From the IMG/VR virus record IMGVR_UViG_3300042384_000211, positions 64,001 through 128,000 of that record: a stretch of DNA of 64,000 bases. The stretch is one strand, 5' to 3'. The DNA is from a virus. The notes below the pieces were generated by a model. That model did not search any database. It saw only the letters and a program-made list of their open reading frames with translations, and was not told the origin of the DNA. This document shows, piece after piece, positions 37,590 through 47,053 of the stretch (position 1 is the stretch's first letter; each line of letters begins with the position of its first letter). A program made the translations under genes and the position numbers.

Positions 37590-37850
37590 CTATTCCCATG
37601 GTCGGCCTGTGATCAATACATTGCCATCAACGATGTTATCAACAACAACATTACCTACATATTTTGTTGGCAAAATGCTGATATTGGCTGTGTTTAATGT
37701 ACGATAAAATGGCTGACTAGTATTGGCCGACCCACTAATTGTGCCATCAATGGCTACTATTTTGCCTTGACGTTTGGCTTCTGCAATGTCGAGCTTGCTT
37801 TCTTGTTTAAGCTGTTTAGTTAATAATGTAGATATTCCGTTTGCTGACAT
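37590..37850 (-). CDS. Hypothetical late protein
   Basis: MSANGISTL...GRPW; TAAATA upstream. Confidence 0.65.
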   Translation of the reverse strand: MSANGISTLLTKQLKQESKLDIAEAKRQGKIVAIDGTISGSANTSQPFYRTLNTANISILPTKYVGNVVVDNIVDGNVLITGRPWE

Positions 37851-37880
37851 AACTATTCTCTTTAGTGTATTTAGCTACCT

Positions 37881-38159
37881 TTACAGGCTGCAACTACTTC
37901 TTGCACCACCATTGTGTTCTACAACTGTGACTGCACCAGGTTCGTTGACTGCTAATACAGCTATACAACTGCATCTGACTGGCAATCGTAGCTCTAAAGT
38001 TTCACCTGCACGTAGGACTGCACAGTTCTTGTTATTGGCCACGGGATTTTCACCTACGACCCAGTAGATACTGACACTGGCGTAGACTCGCACTGTGCCC
38101 TTTTTAAGTTTAGGACTCTGCTGACTAACTGAAGTTGCTGACAATGAATATGCTGCCAT
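37881..38159 (-). CDS. Hypothetical beta-rich virion protein
   Basis: ORF track; TATAAATA upstream. Confidence 0.6.
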   Translation of the reverse strand: MAAYSLSATSVSQQSPKLKKGTVRVYASVSIYWVVGENPVANNKNCAVLRAGETLELRLPVRCSCIAVLAVNEPGAVTVVEHNGGARSSCSL

Positions 38160-38194
38160 AATATATCTCGTAAACTAATATTTATAGTCAAAAT

Positions 38195-38215
38195 AAAAGG
38201 CTCCGAAGAGCCTTT
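38195..38215 (-). terminator. Intrinsic terminator with UUCG loop
   Basis: Minus strand AAAGGCTC-TTCG-GAGCCTTTT. Confidence 0.8.
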
Positions 38216-38243
38216 GGTTAGGTTAATAATAGGGTTTCTCGAG

Positions 38244-38483
38244 TTATATATTACGCACTGCGTATTCTGAAATCTTACGTTCAATCATACCAGGGATACT
38301 CAGCGCAGGCCATTCAAGTTCAAACGGGCAAGGTGTATCTCCCCACGAACCAGTTGTGATAAACTGTTTGTAAACTGCCAAGTCTGCTTTCTTAGTTGGG
38401 TCAAACTTGCGTTTTACAAAAGCATTTTGCATCGAATAAAGTGTATTAACCATTGCTTGTTCCATTGTGTTAGTGTTTAACAT
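38244..38483 (-). CDS. Hypothetical early protein
   Basis: W..CPFELEWP motif; TTGACT-N17-TATACT immediately upstream. Confidence 0.65.
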   Translation of the reverse strand: MLNTNTMEQAMVNTLYSMQNAFVKRKFDPTKKADLAVYKQFITTGSWGDTPCPFELEWPALSIPGMIERKISEYAVRNI

Positions 38484-38508
38484 AGTATACAGTCCTTTTT
38501 AATAAAAG

Positions 38509-38682
38509 TCAATATGTTTCTTTGGTAATGTAAAATTCAGTAGTAGGATACTTTTCTTTAAATTCGTCAGTAGCAACGTATTGATTTAACCCAGTCATAT
38601 TAAAGAATTGTTTATGGAATGCTGTCTTGTGTGTTTCTTTAACTGATACTGTTAGGTATACCGAAGTTGCTTTGCCTGCCAT
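38509..38682 (-). CDS. Hypothetical protein (57 aa, not in ORF track)
   Basis: MAGKATSVYLTVSVKETHKTAFHKQFFNMTGLNQYVATDEFKKKYPTTEFYITKETY*, AAGGAG SD. Confidence 0.7.
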   Translation of the reverse strand: MAGKATSVYLTVSVKETHKTAFHKQFFNMTGLNQYVATDEFKEKYPTTEFYITKETY

Positions 38683-38683
38683 A

Positions 38684-38887
38684 TTAGTTCTCCTTATTGT
38701 TATCGCGTTCGCGTAAAATTACTAAAATAGCCTGTGACATCATTTCTAATTCAACATTATTAAACTCGAACTCTTCCAACCAATTGATGCAGTTGGTAAT
38801 AGCAGAGTCCTCACCTTGAATTGCAATGTCAGCATCAAAGATTGCCTGACTGATATTATTAGTAATAATCATATCATCAATATTCAT
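38684..38887 (-). CDS. Hypothetical protein
   Basis: TAATG-coupled ORF. Confidence 0.55.
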   Translation of the reverse strand: MNIDDMIITNNISQAIFDADIAIQGEDSAITNCINWLEEFEFNNVELEMMSQAILVILRERDNNKEN

Positions 38888-39159
38888 TATACTGCCTCCA
38901 ACATACTAGCTGGTACACGATACGCACCTAGTGGAGTATCTACAACAATATTTTTAATAGCAAGTTTGCGCACTGTGCCTGTGATTGTTTGGCCGCTACG
39001 TGAGCTAGCAAAACGAACTTTGTCACCAACAGACAAGCTACGTTTAGTTGCTTTGCCTAAGTTTAAACGAGCATACTTAACAGCATCAATAATGCTGGCT
39101 AATTCTTCGCTGGTAAAAGTACCTTGAATTAAAGCAGTAGTAATTTGTTTAGCGTTCAT
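38887..39159 (-). CDS. Hypothetical SH3-like early protein
   Basis: LSVGDKVRF...GTVRK..YRVPASML; AGGAG SD. Confidence 0.65.
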   Translation of the reverse strand: MNAKQITTALIQGTFTSEELASIIDAVKYARLNLGKATKRSLSVGDKVRFASSRSGQTITGTVRKLAIKNIVVDTPLGAYRVPASMLEAV

Positions 39160-39192
39160 TTATTGCTCCTGTGTTGTTAGTGTATGTATAGC

Positions 39193-39221
39193 ATTATACA
39201 GTCATTTTACCAAAATGTCAA
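39193..39221 (-). promoter_or_regulatory. Sigma70 early promoter (repeat copy 3)
   Basis: Identical to copy 1 over more than 40 bp. Confidence 0.9.
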
Positions 39222-39625
39222 CCAAAAAGTGCTAATTCCTGCAATACTTCATCAAATTCTTTAGCATAACTGTATGGTAGACCTAACTTGTAGCAGATGT
39301 AATCACCACCGTACATTTTATCTGAGTCTGTAAGAGCCAAACCTTCAACAATCCATCTAATAGATTGTTTACGTGAGTTACTAATTGACTCTAAAGAAGT
39401 AACATGTTTTTCAAAACTAGCGATTGCCTGTTGTTCACGGGTTTGTTCTTCTTTGACTGCAACATCAAGTTCACCCAATAAACGTTCCCAAATCAACTGT
39501 TTGCCTGCGGCATCAATGTTGGTCCATTCTTCCCAAAAGTATTCATCTGGGCGTGAACCACGTGCATCTTTGTGCAGGTCGCTAACTAGGTTTTCATCAA
39601 ATGTATATGTCATAGTGTGCTCCAT
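39218..39625 (-). CDS. Conserved hypothetical early protein
   Basis: YTFDENLVSDLHKDARGSRP; likely start MTYTF at 39613. Confidence 0.7.
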   Translation of the reverse strand: MEHTMTYTFDENLVSDLHKDARGSRPDEYFWEEWTNIDAAGKQLIWERLLGELDVAVKEEQTREQQAIASFEKHVTSLESISNSRKQSIRWIVEGLALTDSDKMYGGDYICYKLGLPYSYAKEFDEVLQELALFG

Positions 39626-39645
39626 TGCTTTAGTGTATAAGTGCT

Positions 39646-39674
39646 ATTATACAGTCATTAGACCAAAAAGTCAA
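39646..39674 (-). promoter_or_regulatory. Sigma70 early promoter (repeat copy 4)
   Basis: TTGACTttttggtctaatgactgTATAAT. Confidence 0.85.
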
Positions 39675-39687
39675 CCAAAATATTCTA

Positions 39688-39716
39688 TTGACTTTAGAGT
39701 AATATGAGTATATAAT
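39688..39716 (+). promoter_or_regulatory. Divergent sigma70 promoter, probably leaderless
   Basis: TTGACTttagagtaatatgagtaTATAAT, 6 nt before ATG 39723. Confidence 0.8.
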
Positions 39717-39722
39717 ACAAGT

Positions 39723-39950
39723 ATGAAAATCCTATTAGAACACGAAGGCAAGCACTTAGTAATGAGTGTTGTGCATAATGACAGTCACGCCGACGATATG
39801 CGTTGGGATATCTTTGTCAACGACATGGCAGAAGAACTAGCCCATAGAAAGGGTGTTAAGCGTATGAGCTATAGCACTTGGCACTGGGATGAACGTAAAC
39901 ACGTTGAAGCAGAAGAATATATCACATACTTTTATTTGAAGCACGAATGA
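39723..39950 (+). CDS. Small hypothetical protein (FxL[KR] C-terminal family)
   Basis: ORF track; ends YITYFYLKHE. Confidence 0.65.
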   Translation: MKILLEHEGKHLVMSVVHNDSHADDMRWDIFVNDMAEELAHRKGVKRMSYSTWHWDERKHVEAEEYITYFYLKHE

Positions 39951-40150
39951 AGATTAGCATTAAACAATTAACCTATCCTGAGATCGATCAGCGTATGCAG
40001 TGGCTTGAGAATAACGTTGGCCCACGTAGGTATGTGCTACATAATCAAACAGGCGGACATGGATGGTGGTATTACAGTCCTGATAGAGTTATAGAAATAG
40101 AAAATGAGCAGTGGGCCACGATGTTTTTGTTAAAGTTTAGTAGTAGATGA
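39947..40150 (+). CDS. Small hypothetical protein (FxL[KR] family)
   Basis: ATGA overlap; WLENNVGP...WATMFLLKF. Confidence 0.65.
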   Translation: MKISIKQLTYPEIDQRMQWLENNVGPRRYVLHNQTGGHGWWYYSPDRVIEIENEQWATMFLLKFSSR

Positions 40151-40374
40151 AAATAACCATGCAGGAGTTTGAGAAATTTGAACAAGAGTTCATATTTGAC
40201 TTAATTAAAAATCCACACTATCGTCTCGGGCAGGCAGTTATTAACACCTATCCCAAGATCAGTCGTAGTATGGAAGATGATGGTGACCTTGGTTATATGC
40301 AATGGCAAGAATTGTGGGAGTGTAAAGATCGTAAACGTGTATTAGAGATAATTGATTGGTATATTATTAAATGA
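40147..40374 (+). CDS. Small hypothetical protein
   Basis: ATGA overlap; YRLGQA..N motif. Confidence 0.65.
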   Translation: MKITMQEFEKFEQEFIFDLIKNPHYRLGQAVINTYPKISRSMEDDGDLGYMQWQELWECKDRKRVLEIIDWYIIK

Positions 40375-40607
40375 GTTTACTAGACGGTGCTAACGGACGT
40401 AGGTTTATCGCCTCGGGTCCATTTGATGACGAAATGCCTTGGCACTATCTTGTTATTGCTGATATTAGTTATTGGCTAAAACATGAACCAGAGATCTATG
40501 CGTGGATGGATGATAATTTACCTAGAGGCAGGTTACACCAACAGGGTATGACTTTGGAATTTGAAACTGATGAACAAGTAACTTTGTTTGTCTTGAGGTG
40601 GGCATGA
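40371..40607 (+). CDS. Small hypothetical protein (FxL[KR] family)
   Basis: ATGA overlap; FETDEQVTLFVLRW. Confidence 0.65.
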   Translation: MSLLDGANGRRFIASGPFDDEMPWHYLVIADISYWLKHEPEIYAWMDDNLPRGRLHQQGMTLEFETDEQVTLFVLRWA

Positions 40608-41722
40608 TAACAGATTTACATCGTACTTGGGGAGTAGTGCAGTACGCAACTCAACCGCAGTTTACCTGCTACGAATCAGTGCAGGATCGATTAGACACCT
40701 ATACAAAAGAACAGTATCTTAAAGATCCAGAAGCAACGGTACAGCAGGTGTTTGACATCTATCGTAGCATTAACATTACGCCGATTGTTTATTACACAGA
40801 AGAAGGATTAATAGCTGCTATTAAAGATTTGTCTGAGACTGTTACAAATAGTGTTAAGAATAATGTTATCAACTTAGGCAACAATCAAGGACAGGGTATT
40901 AATAGATTCTTGTTCCCAAATATGATGACTGCCGAACCCAAAGGTCGTGGCAGTAATAGTCTTAAAGATCGCTTCTTAAATGATGCAAAATTACGTCGTG
41001 CTATCAATTTATGCTTTGAATACAGAGAAGGTAACAATCTAGTTAGCCCAACTGCACTGCGTCGTGCTTTGGAGTTAGTCACAGGTGAGAATGTACAGAA
41101 CTTTAAGAGTTTAAATGCACGTGCTATCGTAGAACACTTATGCCCTGTGCTATGGGGCAATGTCTATGACTACAGTGCGGGCTATGGCGGACGCATGCTG
41201 GGTATAACAACCAGTAACATGCGTTATAACTACCAATGTATCGATCCTAACACAGAAACAGTCAAGCACTTAACATACTTGAGCGAGTTAATAGAACAAG
41301 CAGTGGGTAATCGTGGATTAATTACACAGGCAGTTAGTGAAGAATACGAACCTGTTGATGTCGACCTTGCGTTTAGTAGCCCGCCATACTTTAACCTAGA
41401 AAAGTACAGTGATGAACCAACACAGTGCATGGTTCGTTATACTACATTAGATGAATGGTTTGAGGGCTATGTTGTGCCCACTATGCGGAACATCTACAAA
41501 GGCTTAAACCCAGACGGTGTGTTTGCTACTAACATTGCAGACTACAAGTCATATGGTAATAAAGAATACTTTGTATGCGAACGTTGGATCGCTACTGCCG
41601 AGAAGTTAGGCTTTAAACATTCGGGCACGATTAAGATGATGCTTAACACTCGCCCAGGTGTAGGCAACGATAAGACTGCTGGGCGTGAAAAATGGGAGGG
41701 AGTATATGTCTTTACAAAATAA
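40598..41722 (+). CDS. DNA amino-methyltransferase (N4-C/N6-A)
   Basis: YDYSAGYGGRMLG, IDPN, FSSPPYFNLEKY. Confidence 0.85.
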   Translation: MGMITDLHRTWGVVQYATQPQFTCYESVQDRLDTYTKEQYLKDPEATVQQVFDIYRSINITPIVYYTEEGLIAAIKDLSETVTNSVKNNVINLGNNQGQGINRFLFPNMMTAEPKGRGSNSLKDRFLNDAKLRRAINLCFEYREGNNLVSPTALRRALELVTGENVQNFKSLNARAIVEHLCPVLWGNVYDYSAGYGGRMLGITTSNMRYNYQCIDPNTETVKHLTYLSELIEQAVGNRGLITQAVSEEYEPVDVDLAFSSPPYFNLEKYSDEPTQCMVRYTTLDEWFEGYVVPTMRNIYKGLNPDGVFATNIADYKSYGNKEYFVCERWIATAEKLGFKHSGTIKMMLNTRPGVGNDKTAGREKWEGVYVFTK

Positions 41723-42200
41723 TACAATATTTTTAGATATGGACGGAGTGGTAGCAGACTTTGATGCTTATGCTAAAAAGGTAGTAGGCTACAGTACATC
41801 AGGTGGCAAAAGGTATCCATTAGAAGATTGGTCTAAGATAGCCGCTAATCCAAGATTTTACTATGAATTAGATATATGCCCTTGGGCCAATCCGTTAGTT
41901 GATGCGTGTGTAGAGTTAGCTGCTGATGTTAAATTTTTAACTGCTATACCCAGAGCTAATGATGTGCCTTGGTGCTTTTCAGATAAAGTATTATGGGCAC
42001 AAGAACGTTGGCCTAATATTCCTGTATGGTTTGGACCATATAGTCAAGACAAACATCATCACTGCAGGACTGGTGACATTCTTATTGACGATCGAGATGA
42101 CAATATTAACGATTGGTGCCGGGCAGGCGGGCAGGGTATACTGTTTCAAGGTGATGTAACCGACACTATCAACAAATTGAAAGAAATAATACGTGGCTAA
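41685..42200 (+). CDS. HAD-family 5'(3')-deoxyribonucleotidase (start probably 41706)
   Basis: FLDMDGVVADF, LTA, ILIDDR..N..W...GG.GI. Confidence 0.85.
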   Translation: MKNGREYMSLQNNTIFLDMDGVVADFDAYAKKVVGYSTSGGKRYPLEDWSKIAANPRFYYELDICPWANPLVDACVELAADVKFLTAIPRANDVPWCFSDKVLWAQERWPNIPVWFGPYSQDKHHHCRTGDILIDDRDDNINDWCRAGGQGILFQGDVTDTINKLKEIIRG

Positions 42201-42459
42201 AACAATCACACTAAGTTTAGACAATTGGCATAAACTTCAAGAGAAGATCGTAGAGGATCATGGTCGTACTACATTACTAATCAGCTGGAGACTACGTGAT
42301 ACTTTGGGATTTACTGCACGCGAGCATATAGATTATGCACATGATGATTGGAAAAAGACTCATACTATTCGGTTGGATTTTTGGGATGATGCTATGCAGA
42401 CTTTGTTTCTATTGAAGTACAGTGATTATCTAAAGACTCAAGATAAGCAAGACGTTTAG
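42193..42459 (+). CDS. Small hypothetical protein (FxL[KR] family)
   Basis: LDFWDDAMQTLFLLKY. Confidence 0.65.
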   Translation: MAKTITLSLDNWHKLQEKIVEDHGRTTLLISWRLRDTLGFTAREHIDYAHDDWKKTHTIRLDFWDDAMQTLFLLKYSDYLKTQDKQDV

Positions 42460-43042
42460 TAATCTTTTTAAGCAGACGTCGCACTATCCAATGGTCCGCG
42501 CCAAATGTTCTACGGTAATTGTCTAAATCTAAACTGGTATGCTGTTTGGTAAGATAAAATCTAACTGCTATGTTTACTGAGAAAGCATCTATTTCATCCA
42601 TCTGACCTAAATATTCTTGATCATCATGTAGTTCGAGGTCTTGCTCAAGACTTCGATATGGTGCAGCTAATCCATAGTTTCTTGCGCGATATTGATAAGC
42701 ATGTTGATATTCGTGGGTCTCTGCTTCGATAATTTCTAATGCCAATTTATCAGCTATTGCAGCTGTTATCAGCCATTTACTGTCTAAAGAATGATTAATA
42801 AACAAAGAAAACCTAATAGGCTTCTCACCTTGCTCATCACGCCATACATCATATAATGCCGCTATGGTAAAGTCGCCGGCGGCTAACACAGTGCTGTAGG
42901 CAACGTCAAGTTTAATTTTATGTCGTTTATTGAGAAACTTGCCCAGACGTCGAGTAAATTTTTTAGGAGTTGTAGTTAATCCAGCATGCTGTCCTAACCA
43001 ATGAGTAATTATATTATACTCAATGATTGGGTCTATTAGCAT
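42392..43042 (-). CDS. HExxH zincin-like protein
   Basis: THEYQHAYQ...YL...DEIDAF. Confidence 0.55.
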   Translation of the reverse strand: MLIDPIIEYNIITHWLGQHAGLTTTPKKFTRRLGKFLNKRHKIKLDVAYSTVLAAGDFTIAALYDVWRDEQGEKPIRFSLFINHSLDSKWLITAAIADKLALEIIEAETHEYQHAYQYRARNYGLAAPYRSLEQDLELHDDQEYLGQMDEIDAFSVNIAVRFYLTKQHTSLDLDNYRRTFGADHWIVRRLLKKITKRLAYLESLDNHCTSIETKSA

Positions 43043-44586
43043 TAACTTCCGCCGAGTAAAGCACTGGCACTGCCTAAACTGTTGATAGATCCAGCACTTG
43101 GTAAGTTTTTAAAAGGAGTTTCACCAAAATTCGGAGGCTTAATACCATTGGCCATCATTAAAGATTTGTTTTTACCTTCTGCTAGACTTGCTACAATAGC
43201 ATCGCCATAATGACTGTCTGTATTGGCCATAGTTTTTAGTATATCAGCAACACCACCAGATCCGGCAGATCCGATAGAGGCCGCGCCATACTTGTGTAGG
43301 CCAGTAGCAAATGTTAGACTTGTACTTAAGTTGGTTCCTGGTAAACTAGATAAGTCTATCCCAACGTTGCCCAACAATACCTGTGTCTTAGTTAACGAAT
43401 TCTCTAAAGCAGTAATCTGTGCTGGTGTTATATTATTTCCAGATGCAGCTAAAGCTGCCAATTCTGGGCCGCCACTAACTGCATGAGTAAAATCGGTGAT
43501 ACTAGGCAACCCATCAGCACCATTTAAAGACGATACCCCAAATCCACTGCCTGTTAGATTTTTTATGTCGGGTGCTAGCCCAGCTGTAAATGAGGATAGA
43601 TCAGATGCAGCAGAATTCAATTTAGGTATACTGGGTATTTCAATATTGTTTAACATTCCTGCTGCAGCTGAAGGACTAGGAAAGCTAGCACCAAGATCGC
43701 TAAATTTAGTTGCTATACCCGACAGTCCGCCAGTTAGTCCTGCTACTGAACTAGGGCCAGCAAGTTTAGTAATGTCAGTTAGATCATTTAAATTTTGAAT
43801 ACCACCTGGAGGATTAATTCCCAATTGACCTGTAACATCTTTAAGAATTTTTGGATCACTGATAGAACTTAATGTTTTAGTAATAGTTGCACTGTATACC
43901 GGATCGTCCATGCTGTCTAAATCTACACCATTTGCTGCCAATGCTTGATTTAACCCTGAAAAATTACCAAGTTTAGAACTTTTTAATTTGTCAACTAATC
44001 CAGCAGCTGATCCTATGCTGCTAGGATTAGCCATATCAAAACAAGGGCCTGCCGCAGTCATAGCACTTGCAGCCGCTGATAAACTTCCAAACTGAGAATC
44101 AAGTCCACGAGTAGCCATAGAACTCATGTTAGTAACACCAGACCCAAAATCAGAGAATTTGGAACCTGCTAAAAACTTTTCTACAGATTTGATTTCTGTA
44201 GCATCCTGTATGTGTCCTTGTGCCTGACTAATAATAGCACCAAAGTTACCTAAATTGCTACTTCCGGGAGATCCTGTAACACCCATACTGGACTGTAGAC
44301 TAGTTAAGTTAGTTAATGCGGCGTTGGCACTACCAGCCGATCCACTAATTCCTTCTATCCAGCCTGCTTGAGTACTGTTTGCTAGATTGCTATGGAACCT
44401 TAAATTATCCATTGCACCTGTGACTGTGGGAGCTAACGTTAGAGCTTCACCTTTGTCGATGCCAACCATTGCTGTGAGTGTTGCAGGAGTTATACTACTA
44501 GCAGGAGTAGCTAAACTTAACTTTAAATTTTCAGCAACAACACTGCCAGCTTTTGCTGTTACTAAACTATAGTCTTTTTCGGACAT
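43042..44586 (-). CDS. Gly/Ser/Ala-rich probable virion (baseplate/tail) protein
   Basis: Composition and context only. Confidence 0.45.
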   Translation of the reverse strand: MSEKDYSLVTAKAGSVVAENLKLSLATPASSITPATLTAMVGIDKGEALTLAPTVTGAMDNLRFHSNLANSTQAGWIEGISGSAGSANAALTNLTSLQSSMGVTGSPGSSNLGNFGAIISQAQGHIQDATEIKSVEKFLAGSKFSDFGSGVTNMSSMATRGLDSQFGSLSAAASAMTAAGPCFDMANPSSIGSAAGLVDKLKSSKLGNFSGLNQALAANGVDLDSMDDPVYSATITKTLSSISDPKILKDVTGQLGINPPGGIQNLNDLTDITKLAGPSSVAGLTGGLSGIATKFSDLGASFPSPSAAAGMLNNIEIPSIPKLNSAASDLSSFTAGLAPDIKNLTGSGFGVSSLNGADGLPSITDFTHAVSGGPELAALAASGNNITPAQITALENSLTKTQVLLGNVGIDLSSLPGTNLSTSLTFATGLHKYGAASIGSAGSGGVADILKTMANTDSHYGDAIVASLAEGKNKSLMMANGIKPPNFGETPFKNLPSAGSINSLGSASALLGGS

Positions 44587-44598
44587 ATCTGCTTAATC

Positions 44599-44910
44599 CT
44601 AAATTATAATTCCGCCTGCACTAACTGGTTCAATTCCAGTAGTTGTTTGAATGTAATGATTTTTGATAGCATCAATAGTCACGCTGTGTATCATTACATG
44701 GCCTTTGTCGAGAGTTATACTCTTATTTAAGTCACTGGTAAACAGACTTTGCATTAGGCCTATTCCTTGTTGACTTGGCATTACTGTACATGGTTTACTT
44801 ACTATGAAACTACCTGCATTTTCTTCAATAATTTTAGCAACAATTTCGTCACCGTTAACTAATTTAAAACTTACTACTGTATCTTTTGCGTAACCTTGTT
44901 TCTCAAGCAT
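44599..44910 (-). CDS. Sm-like fold hypothetical protein
   Basis: VSFKLVNGDEIVAK...YIQTTTGI. Confidence 0.6.
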   Translation of the reverse strand: MLEKQGYAKDTVVSFKLVNGDEIVAKIIEENAGSFIVSKPCTVMPSQQGIGLMQSLFTSDLNKSITLDKGHVMIHSVTIDAIKNHYIQTTTGIEPVSAGGIII

Positions 44911-45160
44911 TTGTTGCTCCTATGCGTTCTTGAATTTGTTCAGCGTTTAATTTAGCTAAACCTTGATATCCACCTTCTACTAACAAACGACCATTGTTGT
45001 AGATCTGTGGGGCTGTGCGGTGACCCTCATTGATCAACCATTCACGTGCTTCTGGGTCTTCATCGATTTTAATTTCTTCGTAGGCAAACCCATTAGTCTT
45101 TAAGTAGTGTTTTGCTTGATCGCAAAACGGACAATTGTTTTTACTATATACTGTTAACAT
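44903..45160 (-). CDS. Glutaredoxin
   Basis: MLTVYSKNNCPFC, HRTAPQIY, GGYQGL; start reassigned. Confidence 0.92.
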   Translation of the reverse strand: MLTVYSKNNCPFCDQAKHYLKTNGFAYEEIKIDEDPEAREWLINEGHRTAPQIYNNGRLLVEGGYQGLAKLNAEQIQERIGATNA

Positions 45161-45170
45161 TTCTTCTCTC

Positions 45171-46271
45171 TTATAATTCTGGTAGTTCATCGTAGTTGAG
45201 AACTTCGGACATTGCTCCCAATACATAGTTAGTGCTTTCGCTTTCTTGTAGAGCTGTTTGTTTCTTACTTGTGTCGCTGTGCTTGTTAAACCAAGGAATA
45301 GGTGTTGTTTTAGGCGCAGGTTGGTTGTAACGTATGCCAATTTGTTTTAGTGCATCAACGGCTGTATAATCAACAAAATCCTTCAAAATATTAGCGTTTA
45401 GACCAATAACTGGGCCCATTTTGAATAGATAATCGGCCCAATCTTTCTCTTCTTTGATAACTGACATATACATAGCGTATACTTCATCTTCACATTCTGC
45501 TTTAATATCAGCAAAGCGTGGGTCTTCTTTGACCACTTGGTTGATCAAGAACGCTGTCCATTCTTTGTGTAGTAACTCATCTTGTAGGATCAAGCTGATA
45601 ATGTTACCGTTGCCGATAAAGATCTTGTTCTCAACCATGGCCAAACTAGTAGCAAACGATACCATAAAGCGGAATGCTTCTAGACCGTAGCTGGCATGTA
45701 GAGCTAACCAGATAGCTTTGATATGTTCTTTTTCACTAACTTGCTCACCTAACTCTTTACGGCAGTTGATTTGATGTAGAGCATCGTAGTAATTGCCAAT
45801 GTTACTGGCCATGCCAACAATTTCTTGTGTATCATGGATAGTGTTGAATACATCTTTAGGCACATTGTAGATGTTACGGATAATATGACTGTAGCTTTTA
45901 CTGTGAATGTTAGTTTCAAAGAAACTCCAGTTACTAATTAAAGCCTCTAATTCTGGTAAACTTACCACCGGTCCAAACACCTGATTAGGCGCACGCCCTT
46001 GCAGACTGTCAAGAGCTGTTTGACGTAGTAGGTTACTGGTAAAGATATGCTTAACTGCATCTGACGCATCTTTGAAGTCGTTTGAATCTTTACTTAGACT
46101 AACTTCTTCTGGTTGCCAAAAGAATCCCCTGGCAGTAGCTTCAAAGTTGGCGATTTTATTATACTTAACTTCCTCAAATCTCTGAATGACCACCGGGCCT
46201 GCTGGATCTAAGAACATCTTACGCTGTAAGTAATTTGACGGGGTACTCAAATCATATTGCTGTCTACTCAT
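45171..46271 (-). CDS. nrdB: Ribonucleotide reductase class Ia beta subunit
   Basis: FFWQPEEV, QTALDSLQGR, ETNIHSKSY, LEAFRFMVSF, DELLH, ALQESE. Confidence 0.96.
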   Translation of the reverse strand: MSRQQYDLSTPSNYLQRKMFLDPAGPVVIQRFEEVKYNKIANFEATARGFFWQPEEVSLSKDSNDFKDASDAVKHIFTSNLLRQTALDSLQGRAPNQVFGPVVSLPELEALISNWSFFETNIHSKSYSHIIRNIYNVPKDVFNTIHDTQEIVGMASNIGNYYDALHQINCRKELGEQVSEKEHIKAIWLALHASYGLEAFRFMVSFATSLAMVENKIFIGNGNIISLILQDELLHKEWTAFLINQVVKEDPRFADIKAECEDEVYAMYMSVIKEEKDWADYLFKMGPVIGLNANILKDFVDYTAVDALKQIGIRYNQPAPKTTPIPWFNKHSDTSKKQTALQESESTNYVLGAMSEVLNYDELPEL

Positions 46272-46281
46272 ATTTTCCTCA

Positions 46282-46974
46282 TTAATGTTTGTGAAATCTT
46301 GATAATCCCATTGGGTTAGTTTCTTTCTGGCATATAATACAGCATACTTTAGTTTTAGCAGGATTATTATTTATTAAATAATAATCGCCTTGTTCTATTT
46401 GCTGTTGTATCCATTTAGAATGCTCAATACCTCGTTGTTTTTTCCATTCAGGGTCAACAAAATGGTGCGTTCCTGCAGCTACCCTATCCGACGCAACACT
46501 TGTTCCATCTGGGCGTTTTAATAAATTGTGTTTACCTTCTTTTACTAATTTTTTTGTTACAACACCATTTAAGTTTGCTCTTGGTGGATTAGTTACAAAA
46601 TTATGTGTTCCTTCGGCTAATCTTTTATTAGCACCCTCAGTCCCAGCGTGTTTTAATTTTTTAATTGCTTCATCACTATGGCGATATCCCGACTCGTTGC
46701 CTCTACCGCCATCGGTGCGATTTTGTAGTATGCCTGTACCTAAATCCTTGCGTCCGTATTGTTTAATTAGATCTGATTCGTAATCATATGCTTCTTTTTC
46801 TAATAACGATTCCTTAAGTATAACAATTCTATTAGGATCTTTGGGTAGTAAATTAGTTCCGTTAGATCTAGTATGGGATTTCCGGGCCCTGTCTTTACTT
46901 CCTTTGCCAATATAATATGGAGTTAAATCTTCTCTAAGATATGCGTATACATAAAATATATTTTGTTTTAACAT
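46282..46974 (-). CDS. GIY-YIG homing endonuclease
   Basis: [41 protein letters not shown]. Confidence 0.88.
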   Translation of the reverse strand: MLKQNIFYVYAYLREDLTPYYIGKGSKDRARKSHTRSNGTNLLPKDPNRIVILKESLLEKEAYDYESDLIKQYGRKDLGTGILQNRTDGGRGNESGYRHSDEAIKKLKHAGTEGANKRLAEGTHNFVTNPPRANLNGVVTKKLVKEGKHNLLKRPDGTSVASDRVAAGTHHFVDPEWKKQRGIEHSKWIQQQIEQGDYYLINNNPAKTKVCCIICQKETNPMGLSRFHKH

Positions 46975-47053
46975 TGTTTACCTTTAATGGGATTGCAATA
47001 TTATTTATCATTTTACGCTACATATCGTTAAATAGTTACTCATAGTTTACATG

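Noticed and set aside
45161-45340. N-terminal extensions in the ORF track (glutaredoxin, also dnaK, porin and the S11 peptidase)
   Set aside because: They overlap neighbouring genes or leaders, and downstream starts fit SD position and family length better.
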